NCBI GenBank assembly: GCA_964016885.1
Contig: OZ024762.1
Coordinates: forward strand, 4,836,001-4,900,000
Length of the DNA stretch: 64,000 bases
Direction: 5' to 3'
Source: Eledone cirrhosa
Lineage: Eukaryota
The notes beneath the pieces were generated by a model that searched no databases, was not told where the DNA came from, and saw only the letters and a list, made by a program, of their open reading frames with translations. Shown here piece after piece: positions 63,400-64,000 of the stretch (its first letter is position 1; each line of letters opens with the position of its first letter). The position numbers and the translations under genes are program-made.

Positions 63400-63990
63400 A
63401 ACACTCCTGACAGTGAGTCTGTCAGAAGCAAACATTTCTAACTGATCCAGCTGGATCCCAAAGCGTGACCAGCAAAACTCATAGATGTTATCCAACTATC
63501 TTGCTTAGGGTCTACCTCTGGGTCTCTTGCCGGTTGGTTGTACCTGTAAAATCTGTCCAGGGATTCCTTCCTAGGACATAACCACATACCCATAGATTCT
63601 AAGTAGCGGCTCTAACAGGAGTGACTCTCTGATCTCCGAGCTATGCACTTTATCGAGTAACGTTACCCAAGATTCATGACGTTACCCAAGATTCATGACG
63701 TTACCCAAGATTCATGACCCTCGGTAAGGGTCGGCAGGAATACCAGGAAGACAGCGAGGAATACCAGGAAGACAGCGAGTTTGGCTTTTACACCTACCTT
63801 CCTTTCTCTGATGACTGAATGCTGAGGCTGGCGCATTACTGCATCAGCTTTTACAATTCTTGCACTTAATTCAACCTCCCGCCTTCTATCACTCATGAAC
63901 ACGACCCTGTGATACTTGAACTTCTCTACCTGCTTCAGTAGAACTTTATTCACATGTATATAAATTTGGGTGACTTCTGTCCATCCGTCC
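63400..63990 (-). mobile_element. Degraded RTE-like LINE RT/thumb fragment
   Basis: LKQVEKFKY..V.F.SD.R.E.E...RI.KA motif. Contains small 19-bp and 21-bp tandem duplications at 63655-63780. Confidence 0.65.
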
Positions 63991-64000
63991 ATCACACAAT

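Overview
Repeat-rich, AT-rich animal (eukaryotic) genomic DNA. The tRNA-derived SINE family, the Penelope/RTE/Tx1/R4 debris and the very dense microsatellites suggest a mollusc, most likely an octopus (inference, not proven). The main content is a same-strand cluster of five intronless GAF-GAF cyclic-nucleotide phosphodiesterase genes of PDE5/6-like type (91-3519, 21134-23656, 25922-28363, 30789-33914, 46088-49471). Three are full length and end in a polybasic stretch plus a CaaX prenylation box. Two are young, C-terminally truncated products of a ~4.8-kb tandem triplication whose breakpoints lie in a 52-bp VNTR that carries ETS and K50-homeodomain motifs. A ~500-bp gene-conversion tract homogenises the catalytic core between otherwise divergent paralogues, and the tails carry arrays of candidate LC8-binding (TQT) or PKA/PKG (RKxS) motifs. 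The window also has the first coding exon of an SLC2A13/HMIT-like sugar transporter, an 8.4-kb 43-bp minisatellite, a Tx1-type LINE stacked in (GATA)n, R4-like RLE LINE ends in (CATA)n, minimal hammerhead-like motifs, MITEs, SINEs and several fold-back palindromes. Most other ORFs in the track are artefacts of simple repeats.
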